A stretch of 64,000 bases of DNA from the human T2T-CHM13v2.0 reference genome, Homo sapiens: the NCBI RefSeq assembly GCF_009914755.1, contig NC_060948.1, one strand, 5' to 3'. The notes under the pieces were generated by a model. The model was not told the origin of the DNA. It ran no database searches and saw only the letters and a program-made list of their open reading frames with translations. This document shows, one piece after another, positions 1 through 18,211 of the stretch (position 1 is the first letter of the stretch; the number at the start of each line of letters is the position of its first letter). Position numbers and translations under genes: made by a program.

Positions 1-446
1 TGTGATATATATAACTATATATATAATTATATTTTTATACATATAACTGGATAAACATGTAATTCTACATATTTTCATTTATAATATGTAGAATTATATA
101 ATCATATATAATTTTTTATATTCTATAAAAAATTTTATCATTTTATAAATTATAATATATAAAAATTATAATATGTACTACAAATATATATATTATATAT
201 CATATATGATATAGTACCTTTGTTATATATCATAATACATATAAATGTGTATTATGTTATCTATAATTATATAATTTCATATATAAGATGTATAATATGT
301 ATCATATATTATATATGTTATGTAATATATATAGTATATATAAGATGACACAGGATAAATATTATATACTATGACATATAAAATATATGAGGTTATATGT
401 TACATATAAGGCATAGCACATAACATGTAATATATATCATATATAA
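1..446. repeat. AT-rich degenerate simple-sequence block (partial, end of preceding unit)
   Basis: Degenerate TA/TAT/TAA-rich sequence, repeated at 2421-2866. Confidence 0.9.
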
Positions 447-738
447 TTTTTTTTTAGACAGAATCTTGTCCTGTTGCACAGCGTGGGGTACAATGGCGCC
501 ATCTTTGCTCACTGCAACTTCTGCCTCACGGGTCCAAGCGATTGTCCTCCCTCAGCCTCCCAGGTAGCTGGGACTACACCACACTGGGACTACACCAGCT
601 GCCACCATGCCTAGCTAATTTTTTGGATTTTTAGTAGTGACAGCGTTTCACTGTATTGGCCAGGATGGTCTTGATCTCTTCACCTTGTGATCCCCTTGCC
701 TTGGCCTCCAAATTTGCTGGGATTACAGGCCTGAGCCA
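447..738 (-). mobile_element. Decayed Alu SINE (AluSc/AluY lineage), copy 1; ~12 nt missing or degenerate at 5' end, 9-nt A tail
   Basis: Antisense Alu hallmarks: T9-AGACAGAATCTTG, GCTCACTGCAAC, CTCAGCCTCCCAGGTAGCTGGGACTACA, GCTAATTTTTTG..TTTTTAGTAG, TGCTGGGATTACAGGCCTGAGCCA. Confidence 0.95.
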
Positions 739-1302
739 AGATCCATATTTTTTAAATGAAAAAAAATTTCAAAGGTACTCTGCTTGGTACAATAATCAAA
801 TGTATAAACTGAGGAATAAAACATAACCATGAAACCTACTTATAACTGCATATGGAAAATACAGAGGATAATTTTTTAAATAACATATTTTGAAAGCCTT
901 AACTAGTAATTTGAAGAGTTGGCATTTGAAAGGCCAGTATGAATATACCTTCAAAGCAGCAACACAGGTTCCCCATGAGAAAAAGCAAACACAGGGAAAA
1001 TAAAAACACAAAGGTTCAATCTCTTCTGACCTTTGAAAGACACAGCACAGACAGTGGTCCTTAGGACGAAGAGCAGGAGACCCCTAATTCCGTCACCATG
1101 GCGATAGGGCATAAACATTGCTGGGTGAGGGCACAATCCACATTGTGAGGTCCAACTGCTGCCAGGAAGACAGGAGTGCTTTTACATAGACCGAAAGGTC
1201 ATTGAAGGCTCAGAGTTTTGTTTCAAGAACTGAATCCCAAGCCCACACGTTATTAGGCTGCGCTTCTTAAAACAAGTTATGAGATGGGAAAAAGGGCACC
1301 CA
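739..1302. repeat. HSATI segment, copy 1 (~560 bp)
   Basis: Higher-complexity, moderately GC segment between Alu and AT block. The name is assigned from known DYZ2 architecture; boundaries approximate. Confidence 0.8.
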
Positions 1303-3158
<1,856 letters not shown>

Positions 3159-3722
3159 AGATCCATATTTTTTAAATGAAAAAAAATTTCAAAGGTACTC
3201 TGCTTGGTACAATAATCAAATGTATAAACTGAGGAATAAAACATAACCATGAAACCTACTTATAACTGCATATGGAAAATACAGAGGATAATTTTTTAAA
3301 TAACATATTTTGAAAGCCTTAACTAGTAATTTGAAGAGTTGGCATTTGAAAGGCCAGTATGAATATACCTTCAAAGCAGCAACACAGGTTCCCCATGAGA
3401 AAAAGCAAACACAGGGAAAATAAAAACACAAAGGTTCAATCTCTTCTGACCTTTGAAAGACACAGCACAGACAGTGGTCCTTAGGACGAAGAGCAGGAGA
3501 CCCCTAATTCCGTCACCATGGCGATAGGGCATAAACATTGCTGGGTGAGGGCACAATCCACATTGTGAGGTCCAACTGCTGCCAGGAAGACAGGAGTGCT
3601 TTTACATAGACCGAAAGGTCATTGAAGGCTCAGAGTTTTGTTTCAAGAACTGAATCCCAAGCCCACACGTTATTAGGCTGCGCTTCTTAAAACAAGTTAT
3701 GAGATGGGAAAAAGGGCACCCA
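3159..3722. repeat. HSATI segment, copy 2
   Basis: Same as copy 1. Confidence 0.8.
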
Positions 3723-5256
3723 CAAACATACGTATACATTATGTATATAATAATATACAGTATCATATATATAATATATATAACCTATGTATAATATTGT
3801 TTTACATCCTGCATCTTATGTTATATATATTGTATAAAATATAATAATTGATAATATATAAGTTTTATAATTATACAATATGACATAGAGTATATATTAT
3901 AATTTATGACATATATAATATATGTTATATATCATATATAGAATATATTATACGGTTAATATACGTATTAAATATAAATTATACATTATATATATTATAT
4001 ATAATATATCTGTTATATATAATACCCATTATGCATAATATATATATTATGTCTATGTTATATATAGTATAAAACAACATATATTAATATATAATTGTAT
4101 ATATAAAATGCGACATATAATATATATTATATTTTATAACATATGTAATATATATTATATATAATACGTTGTATGTATAATACCTATATTAAATATATAT
4201 TATATGACTATGTTATTAATTACATGTCACATGTGTTATATATTATATATTTTACATAGAATATACCGGTTACATACAATATATACTATGTTACCTATAA
4301 TGTATAATTTATTACATGTAAAATAAAGAATGCAATATATTATGTATAATTTATAATATACAATATGTGGAATGTGATATATGTAACATATAATATATGA
4401 TATATGATATACAGTATATGATATATAACATACAATATATGATTCCTAATATATATGGTATACAATATATATTTTATGATATGTATTCTATATGTTTTAT
4501 ACTCTGTTATATATAACTATTTGAAATTATATATAACTGTATAATATTTTATGTAAATATGTAATATAATATATATAACTATATAATATATTATATATAA
4601 CTATATATTATGTTATATATACTTTTATAACATAATTTACATAAAATATCATAATATAATATATATTATATTATTTCATATTACATAATATATATTACAT
4701 ATCACCCAATATAACTAACATACATAATATTATAATATAGATTATATTATGTTATATTAAATATCATATATATCATGTATCATATATTCTATAATATATA
4801 TTACACATTATATAATATGTATGTTGTCTATTATGTGATATATATAACTATATATATAATTATATTTTTATACATATAACTAGATAAACATGTAATTTTA
4901 CATATTTTCATTTATAATATGTAGAATTATATAATCATATATAATTATTTATATTCTATAAAAAATTTTATCATTATATAAATTATAATATATAAAAATT
5001 ATAATATGTACTACAAATATATATATTATAAATCATATATGATATAGTACCTTTGTTATATATCATAATACATATAAATGTGTATTATCTTATCTATAAT
5101 TATATAATTTCATATATAGGATGTATAATATGTATCATATATTACATATGTTATGTAATATATATAGTATATATAAGATGACACAGGATAAATATTATAT
5201 ACTATGACATATAAAATATATGAGGTTATATGTTACATATAAGGCATAGCACATAA

Positions 5257-5571
<315 letters not shown>

Positions 5572-6135
5572 AGATCCATATTTTTTAAATGAAAAAAAAT
5601 TTCAAAGGTACTCTGCTTGGTACAATAATCAAATGTATAAACTGAGGAATAAAACATAACCATGAAACCTACTTATAACTGCATATGGAAAATACAGAGG
5701 ATAATTTTTTAAATAACATATTTTGAAAGCCTTAACTAGTAATTTGAAGAGTTGGCATTTGAAAGGCCAGTATGAATATACCTTCAAAGCAGCAACACAG
5801 GTTCCCCATGAGAAAAAGCAAACACAGGGAAAATAAAAACACAAAGGTTCAATCTCTTCTGACCTTTGAAAGACACAGCACAGACAGTGGTCCTTAGGAC
5901 GAAGAGCAGGAGACCCCTAATTCCGTCACCATGGCGATAGGGCATAAACATTGCTGGGTGAGGGCACAATCCACATTGTGAGGTCCAACTGCTGCCAGGA
6001 AGACAGGAGTGCTTTTACATAGACCGAAAGGTCATTGAAGGCTCAGAGTTTTGTTTCAAGAACTGAATCCCAAGCCCACACGTTATTAGGCTGCGCTTCT
6101 TAAAACAAGTTATGAGATGGGAAAAAGGGCACCCA
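5572..6135. repeat. HSATI segment, copy 3
   Basis: Same as copy 1. Confidence 0.8.
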
Positions 6136-7671
6136 CAAACATACGTATACATTATGTATATAATAATATACAGTATCATATATATAATATATATAACCTA
6201 TGTATAATATTGTTTTACATCCTGCATCTTATGTTATATATATTGTATAAAATATAATAATTGATAATATATAAGTTTTATAATTATACAATATGACATA
6301 TAGTATATATTATAATTTATGACATATATAATATATGTTATATATCATATATAGAATATATTATACGGTTAATATACGTATTAAATATAAATTATACATT
6401 ATATATATTATATATAATATATCTGTTATATATAATACCCATTATGCATAATACATATATTATGTCTATGTTATATATAGTATAAAACAACATATAATAA
6501 TATATAATTGTATATATAAAATGCGACATATAATATATATTATATTTTATAACATATGTAATATATATTATATATAATACGTTGTATGTATAATACCTAT
6601 ATTAAATATATATTATATGACTGTGTTATTAATTACATGTCACATGTGTTATATATTATATATTTTACATAGAATATACCGGTTACATACAATATATACT
6701 ATGTTACCTATAATGTATAATTTATTACATGTAAAATAAAGAATGCAATATATTATGTATAATTTATAATATACAATATGTGGAATGTGATATATGTAAC
6801 ATATAATATATGATATATGATATACAGTATATGATATATAACATACAATATATGATTCCTAATATATATGGTATACAATATATATTTTATGATATGTATT
6901 CTATATGTTTTATATTCTGTTATGTATAACTATTTGAAATTATATATAACTGTATAATATTTTATGTAAATATGTAATATAATATATATAACTATATAAT
7001 ATATTATATATAACTATATATTATGTTATATATACTTTTATAACATAATTTACATAAAATATCATAATATAATATATATTATAATATTTCATATTACATA
7101 ATATATATTACATATCACCCAATATAACTAACATACATAATATTATAATATAGATTATATTATGTTATGTTAAATATCATATATATCATGTATCATATAT
7201 TCTATAATATATATTACACATTATATAATATGTATGTTGTCAATTATGTGATATATATAACTATATATATAATTATATTTTTATACATATAACTAGATAA
7301 ACATGTAATTCTACATATTTTCATTTATAATATGTAGAATTATATAATCATATATAATTATTAATATTCTATAAAAAATTTTATCATTATATAAATTATA
7401 ATGTATAAAAATTATAATATGTACTACAAATATATATATATTATATATCATATATGATATAGTACCTTTGTTATATATCATAATACATATAAATGTGTAT
7501 TATGTTATCTATAATTATATAATTTCATATATAAGATGTATAATATGTATCATATATTATATATGTTATGTAATATATATAGTATATATAAGATGACACA
7601 GGATAAATATTATATACTATGACATATAAAATATATGAGGTTATATGTTACATATAAGGCATAGCACATAA

Positions 7672-7986
<315 letters not shown>

Positions 7987-8550
7987 AGATCCATATTTTT
8001 TAAATGAAAAAAAATTTCAAAGGTACTCTGCTTGGTACAATAATCAAATGTATAAACTGAGGAATAAAACATAACCATGAAACCTACTTATAACTGCATA
8101 TGGAAAATACAGAGGATAATTTTTTAAATAACATATTTTGAAAGCCTTAACTAGTAATTTGAAGAGTTGGCATTTGAAAGGCCAGTATGAATATACCTTC
8201 AAAGCAGCAACACAGGTTCCCCATGAGAAAAAGCAAACACAGGGAAAATAAAAACACAAAGGTTCAATCTCTTCTGACCTTTGAAAGACACAGCACAGAC
8301 AGTGGTCCTTAGGACGAAGAGCAGGAGACCCCTAATTCCGTCACCATGGCGATAGGGCATAAACATTGCTGGGTGAGGGCACAATCCACATTGTGAGGTC
8401 CAACTGCTGCCAGGAAGACAGGAGTGCTTTTACATAGACCGAAAGGTCATTGAAGGCTCAGAGTTTTGTTTCAAGAACTGAATCCCAAGCCCACACGTTA
8501 TTAGGCTGCGCTTCTTAAAACAAGTTATGAGATGGGAAAAAGGGCACCCA
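7987..8550. repeat. HSATI segment, copy 4
   Basis: Same as copy 1. Confidence 0.8.
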
Positions 8551-10086
8551 CAAACATACGTATACATTATGTATATAATAATATACAGTATCATATATAT
8601 AATATATATAACCTATGTATAATATTGTTTTACATCCTGCATCCTATGTTATATATATTGTATAAAATATAATAATTGATAATATATAAGTTTTATAATT
8701 ATACAATATGACATATAGTATATATTATAATTTATGACATATATAATATATGTTATATATCATATATAGAATATATTATACGTTTAATATACGTATTAAA
8801 TATAAATTATACATTATATATATTATATATAATATATATGTTATATATAATACCCATTATGCATAATATATATATTATGTCTATGTTATATATAGTATAA
8901 AACAACATATAATAATATATAATTGTATATATAAAATGCGACATATAATATATATTATATTTTATAACATATGTAATATATATTATATATAATACGTTGT
9001 ATGTATAATACCTATATTAAATATATATTATATGACTGTGTTATTAATTCCATGTCACATGTGTTATATATTATATATTTTACATAGAATATACCGGTTA
9101 CATACAATATATACTATGTTACCTATAATGTATAATTTATTACATGTAAAATAAAGAATGCAATATATTATGTATAATTTATAATATACAATATGTGGAA
9201 TGTGATATATGTAACATATAATATATGATATATGATATACAGTATATGATATATAACATACAATATATGATTCCTAATATATATGGTATACAATATATAT
9301 TTTATGATATGTATTCTATATGTTTTATATTCTGTTATGTATAACTATTTGAAATTATATATAACTGTATAATATTTTATGTAAATATGTAATATAATAT
9401 ATATAACTATATAATATATTATATATAACTATATATTATGTTATATATACTTTTATAACATAATTTACATAAAATATCATAATATAATATATAGTATAAT
9501 ATTTCATATTACATAATATATATTACATATCACCCAATATAACTAACATACATAATATTATAATATAGATTATATTATGTTATATTAAATATCATATATA
9601 TCATGTATCATATATTCTATAATATATATTACACATTATATAATATGTATGTTGTCTATTATGTGATATATATAACTATATATATAATTATATTTTTATA
9701 CATATAACTGGATAAACATGTAATTCTACATATTTTCATTTATAATATGTAGAATTATATAATCATATATAATTATTTATATTCTATAAAAAATTTTATC
9801 ATTATATAAATTATAATATATAAAAATTATAATATGTACTACAAATATATATATATTATATATCATATATGATATAGTACCTTTGTTATATGTCATAATA
9901 CATATAAATGTGTATTATGTTATCTATAATTATATAATTTCATATATAAGATGTATAATATGTATCATATATTATATATGTTATGTAATATATATAGTAT
10001 ATATAAGATGACACAGGATAAATATTATATACTATGACATATAAAATATATGAGGTTATATGTTACATATAAGGCATAGCACATAA

Positions 10087-10401
<315 letters not shown>

Positions 10402-10965
10402 AGATCCATATTTTTTAAATGAAAAAAAATTTCAAAGGTACTCTGCTTGGTACAATAATCAAATGTATAAACTGAGGAATAAAACATAACCATGAAACCT
10501 ACATATAACTGCATATGGAAAATACAGAGGATAATTTTTTAAATAATATATTTTGAAAGCCTTAACTAGTAATTTGAAGAGTTGGCATTTGAAAGGCCAG
10601 TATGAATATACCTTCAAAGCAGCAACACAGGTTCCCCATGAGAAAAAGCAAACACAGGGAAAATAAAAACACAAAGGTTCAATCTCTTCTGACCTTTGAA
10701 AGACACAGCACAGACAGTGGTCCTTAGGACGAAGAGCAGGAGACCCCTAATTCCGTCACCATGGCGATAGGGCATAAACATTGCTGGGTGAGGGCACAAT
10801 CCACATTGTGAGGTCCAACTGCTGCCAGGAAGACAGGAGTGCTTTTACATAGACCGAAAGGTCATTGAAGGCTCAGAGTTTTGTTTCAAGAACTGAATCC
10901 CAAGCCCACACGTTATTAGGCTGCGCTTCTTAAAACAAGTTATGAGATGGGAAAAAGGGCACCCA
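10402..10965. repeat. HSATI segment, copy 5
   Basis: Same as copy 1. Confidence 0.8.
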
Positions 10966-12498
10966 CAAACATACGTATACATTATGTATATAATAATATA
11001 CAGTATCATATATATAATATATATAACCTATGTATAATATTGTTTTACATCCTGCATCCTATGTTATATATATTGTATAAAATATAATAATTGATAATAT
11101 ATAAGTTTTATAATTATACAATATGACATATAGTATATATTATAATTTATGACATATATAATATATGTTATATATCATATATAGAATATATTATACGGTT
11201 AATATACGTATTAAATATAAATTATACATTATATATATTATATATAATATATCTGTTATATATAATACCCATTATGCATAATATATATATTATGTCTATG
11301 TTATATATAGTATAAAACAACATATAATAATATATAATTGTATATATAAAATGCGACATATAATATATATATTTTATAACATATGTAATATATATTATAT
11401 ATAATACGTTGTATGTATAATACCTATATTAAATATATATTATATGACTGTGTTATTAATTACATGTCACATGTGTTATGTATTATATATTTTACATAGA
11501 ATATACCGGTTACATACAATATATACTATGTTACCTATAATGTATAATTTATTACATGTAAAATAAAGAATGCAATATATTATGTATAATTTATAATATA
11601 CAATATGTGGAATGTGATATATGTAACATATAATATATGATATATGATATACAGTATATGATATATAACATACAATATATGATTCCTAATATATATGGTA
11701 TACAATATATATTTTATGATATGTATTCTATATGTTTTATATTCTGTTATGTATAACTATTTGAAATTATATATAACTGTATAATATTTTATGTAAATAT
11801 GTAATATAATATATATAACTATATAATATATTATATATAACTATATATTATGTTATATATACTTTTATAACATAATTTACATAAAATATCATAATATAAT
11901 ATATAGTATAATATTTCATATTACATAATATATATTACATATCACCCAATATAACTAACATACATAATATTATAATATAGATTATATTATGTTATATTAA
12001 ATATCATATATATCATGTATCATATATTCTATAATATATATTACACATTATATAATATGTATGTTGTCTATTATGTGATATATATAACTATATATATAAT
12101 TATATTTTTATACATATAACTGGATAAACATGTAATTCTACATATTTTCATTTATAATATGTAGAATTATATAATCATATATAATTATTTATATTCTATA
12201 AAAAATTTTATCATTATATAAATTATAATATATAAAAATTATAATATGTACTACAAATATATATATATTATATATCATATATGATATAGTACCTTTGTTA
12301 TATGTCATAATACATATAAATGTGTATTATGTTATCTATAATTATATAATTTCATATATAAGATGTATAATATGTATCATATATTATATATGTTATGTAA
12401 TATATATAGTATATATAAGATGACACAGGATAAATATTATATACTATGACATATAAAATATATGAGGTTATATGTTACATATAAGGCATAGCACATAA

Positions 12499-12813
<315 letters not shown>

Positions 12814-13377
12814 AGATCCATATTTTTTAAATGAAAAAAAATTTCAAAGGTACTCTGCTTGGTACAATAATCAAATGTATAAACTGAGGAATAAAACATA
12901 ACCATGAAACCTACATATAACTGCATATGGAAAATACAGAGGATAATTTTTTAAATAACATATTTTGAAAGCCTTAACTAGTAATTTGAAGAGTTGGCAT
13001 TTGAAAGGCCAGTATGAATATACCTTCAAAGCAGCAACACAGGTTCCCCATGAGAAAAAGCAAACACAGGGAAAATAAAAACACAAAGGTTCAATCTCTT
13101 CTGACCTTTGAAAGACACAGCACAGACAGTGGTCCTTAGGACGAAGAGCAGGAGACCCCTAATTCCGTCACCATGGCGATAGGGCATAAACATTGCTGGG
13201 TGAGGGCACAATCCACATTGTGAGGTCCAACTGCTGCCAGGAAGACAGGAGTGCTTTTACATAGACCGAAAGGTCATTGAAGGCTCAGAGTTTTGTTTCA
13301 AGAACTGAATCCCAAGCCCACACGTTATTAGGCTGCGCTTCTTAAAACAAGTTATGAGATGGGAAAAAGGGCACCCA
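12814..13377. repeat. HSATI segment, copy 6
   Basis: Same as copy 1. Confidence 0.8.
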
Positions 13378-14933
13378 CAAACATACGTATACATTATGTA
13401 TATAATAATATACAGTATCATATATATAATATATATAACCTATGTATAATATTGTTTTACATCCTGCATCCTATGTTATATATATTGTATAAAATATAAT
13501 AATTGATAATATATAAGTTTTATAATTATACAATATGACATATAGTATATATTATAATTTATGACATATATAATATATGTTATATATCATATATAGAATA
13601 TATTATACGGTTAATATACGTATTAAATATAAATTATACATTATATATATTATATATAATATATCTGTTATATATAATACCCATTATGCATAATATATAT
13701 ATTATGTCTATGTTATATATAGTATAAAACAACATATAATAATATATAATTGTATATATAAAATGCGACATATAATATATATATTTTATAACATATGTAA
13801 TATATATTATATATAATACGTTGTATGTATAATACCTATATTAAATATATATTATATGACTGTGTTATTAATTACATGTCACATGTGTTATGTATTATAT
13901 ATTTTACATAGAATATACCGGTTACATACAATATATACTATGTTACCTATAATGTATAATTTATTACATGTAAAATAAAGAATGCAATATATTATGTATA
14001 ATTTATAATATACAATATGTGGAATGTGATATATGTAACATATAATATATGATATATGATATACAGTATATGATATATAACATACAATATATGATTCCTA
14101 ATATATATGGTATACAATATATATTTTATGATATGTATTCTATATGTTTTATATTCTGTTATGTATAACTATTTGAAATTATATATAACTGTATAATATT
14201 TTATGTAAATATGTAATATAATATATATAACTATATAATATATTATATATAACTATATATTATGTTATATATACTTTTATAACATAATTTACATAAAATA
14301 TCATAATATAATATATAGTATAATATTTCATATTACATAATATATATTACATATCACCCAATATAACTAACATACATAATATTATAATATAGATTATATT
14401 ATGTTATATTAAATATCATATATATCATGTATCATATATTCTATAATATATATTACACATTATATAATATGTATGTTGTCTATTATGTGATATATATAAC
14501 TATATATATAATTATATTTTTATACATATAACTGGATAAACATGTAATTCTACATATTTTCATTTATAATATGTAGAATTATATAATCATATATAATTAT
14601 TTATATTCTATAAAAAATTTTATCATTATATAAATTATAATATATAAAAATTATAATATGTACTACAAATATATATATATTATATATCATATATGATATA
14701 GTACCTTTGTTATATATCATAATACATATAAATGTGTATTATGTTATCTATAATTATATAATTTCATATATAAGATGTATAATATGTATCATATATTATA
14801 TATGTTATGTAATATATATAGTATATATAAGATGACACAGGATAAATATTATATACTATGACATATAAAATATATGAGGTTATATGTTACATATAAGGCA
14901 TAGCACATAACATGTAATATATATCATGTATAA

Positions 14934-15225
14934 TTTTTTTTTAGACAGAATCTTGTCCTGTTGCACAGGGTGGGGTAAAATGGCGCCATCTTTGCTCACT
15001 GCAACTTCTGCCTCACGGGTCCAAGCGATTGTCCTCCCTCAGCCTCCCAGGTAGCTGGGACTACACCACACTGGGACTACACCAGCTGCCACCATGCCTA
15101 GCTAATTTTTTGGATTTTTAGTAGTGACAGCGTTTCACTGTATTGGCCAGGATGGTCTTGATCTCTTCACCTTGTGATTCCCTTGCCTTGGCCTCCAAAT
15201 TTGCTGGGATTACAGGCCTGAGCCA
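14934..15225 (-). mobile_element. Decayed Alu, copy 7
   Basis: Same as copy 1. Confidence 0.95.
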
Positions 15226-15789
15226 AGATCCATATTTTTTAAATGAAAAAAAATTTCAAAGGTACTCTGCTTGGTACAATAATCAAATGTATAAACTGAG
15301 GAATAAAACATAACCATGAAACCTACTTATAACTGCATATGGAAAATACAGAGGATAATTTTTTAAATAACATATTTTGAAAGACTTAACTAGTAATTTG
15401 AAGAGTTGGCATTTGAAAGGCCAGTATGAATATACCTTCAAAGCAGCAACACAGGTTCCCCATGAGAAAAAGCAAACACAGGGAAAATAAAAACACAAAG
15501 GTTCAATCTCTTCTGACCTTTGAAAGACACAGCACAGACAGTGGTCCTTAGGACGAAGAGCAGGAGACCCCTAATTCCGTCACCATGGCGATAGGGCATA
15601 AACATTGCTGGGTGAGGGCACAATCCACATTGTGAGGTCCAACTGCTGCCAGGAAGACAGGAGTGCTTTTACATAGACCGAAAGGTCATTGAAGGCTCAG
15701 AGTTTTGTTTCAAGAACTGAATCCCAAGCCCACACGTTATTAGGCTGCGCTTCTTAAAACAAGTTATGAGATGGGAAAAAGGGCACCCA
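15226..15789. repeat. HSATI segment, copy 7
   Basis: Same as copy 1. Confidence 0.8.
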
Positions 15790-17332
15790 CAAACATACGT
15801 ATACATTATGTATATAATAATATACAGTATCATATATATAATATATATAACCTATGTATAATATTGTTTTACATCCTGCATCCTATGTTATATATATTGT
15901 ATAAAATATAATAATTGATAATATATAAGTTTTATAATTATACAATATGACATATAGTATATATTATAATTTATGACATATATAATATATGTTATATATC
16001 ATATATAGAATATATTATACGGTTAATATACGTATTAAATATAAATTATACATTATATATATTATATATAATATATCTGTTATATATAATACCCATTATG
16101 CATAATATATATATTATGTCTATGTTATATATAGTATAAAACAACATATAATAATATATAATTGTATATATAAAATGCGACATATAATATATATTATATT
16201 TTATAACATATGTAATATATATTATATATTATATATAATACGTTGTATGTATAATACCTATATTAAATATATATTATATGACTATGTTATTAATTACATG
16301 TCACATGTGTTATATATTATATATTTTACGTAGAATATACCGGTTACATACAATATATACTATGTTACCTATAATGTATAATTTATTACATGTAAAATAA
16401 AGAATGCAATATATTATGTATAATTTATAATATAAAATATGTGGAATGTGATATATGTAACATATAATATATGATATATGATATACAGTATATGATATAT
16501 AACATACAATATATGATTCCTAATATATATGGTATACAATATATATTTTATGATATGTATTCTATATGTTTTATATTCTGTTATATATAACTATTTGAAA
16601 TTATAAATAACTGTATAATATTTTATGTAAATATGTAATATAATATATATAACTATATAATATATTATATATAACTATATATTATGTTATATATACTTTT
16701 ATAACATAATTTACATAAAATATCATAATATAATATATATTATAATATTTCATATTACATAATATATATTACATATCACCCAATATAACTAACATACATA
16801 ATATTATAATATAGATTATATTATGTTATATTAAATATCATATATATCATGTATCATATATTCTATAATATATATTACACATTATATAATATGTATGTTG
16901 TCTATTATGTGATATATATAACTATATATATAATTATATTTTTATACATATAACTAGATAAACATGTAATTCTACATATTTTCATTTATAATATGTAGAA
17001 TTATATAATCATATATAATTATTAATATTCTATAAAAAATTTTATCATTATATAAATTATAATATATAAAAATTATAATATGTACTACAAATATATATAT
17101 ATTATATATCATATATGATATAGTACCTTTGTTATATATCATAATACATATAAATGTGTATTATGTTATCTATAATTATATAATTTCATATATAAGATGT
17201 ATAATATGTATCATATATTATATATGTTATGTAATATATATAGTATATATAAGATGACACAGGATAAATATTATATACTATGACATATAAAATATATGAG
17301 GTTATATGTTACATATAAGGCATAGCACATAA

Positions 17333-17647
<315 letters not shown>

Positions 17648-18211
17648 AGATCCATATTTTTTAAATGAAAAAAAATTTCAAAGGTACTCTGCTTGGTACA
17701 ATAATCAAATGTATAAACTGAGGAATAAAACATAACCATGAAACCTACTTATAACTGCATATGGAAAATACAGAGGATAATTTTTTAAATAACATATTTT
17801 GAAAGCCTTAACTAGTAATTTGAAGAGTTGGCATTTGAAAGGCCAGTATGAATATACCTTCAAAGCAGCAACACAGGTTCCCCATGAGAAAAAGCAAACA
17901 CAGGGAAAATAAAAACACAAAGGTTCAATCTCTTCTGACCTTTGAAAGACACAGCACAGACAGTGGTCCTTAGGACGAAGAGCAGGAGACCCCTAATTCC
18001 GTCACCATGGCGATAGGGCATAAACATTGCTGGGTGAGGGCACAATCCACATTGTGAGGTCCAACTGCTGCCAGGAAGACAGGAGTGCTTTTACATAGAC
18101 CGAAAGGTCATTGAAGGCTCAGAGTTTTGTTTCAAGAACTGAATCCCAAGCCCACACGTTATTAGGCTGCGCTTCTTAAAACAAGTTATGAGATGGGAAA
18201 AAGGGCACCCA
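17648..18211. repeat. HSATI segment, copy 8
   Basis: Same as copy 1. Confidence 0.8.

Noticed and set aside
447-461. Cryptic 3' splice site (T9-AG-ACAG) typical of antisense Alu exonisation, altered to TGG in units 5-6
   Set aside because: Generic property of antisense Alus; no host gene or transcript evidence in the window.
660-738. Active Pol III promoter / retrotransposition-competent Alu
   Set aside because: The 5' end is truncated or degenerate, the B-box is CpG-decayed (GAGATCAAGAC), the tail is only 9 A, and overall divergence is high.
796-1011. 71-aa minus-strand ORF repeated 27 times
   Set aside because: Chance frame in satellite DNA with F/Y/C/L-biased composition and no recognisable domain. 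Its identity across copies only reflects array homogeneity; several of the few variants are non-synonymous.
951-1136. 61-aa minus-strand ORF repeated 27 times
   Set aside because: Same reasons. It overlaps the other ORF in a different frame, with no evidence of a promoter or purifying selection.
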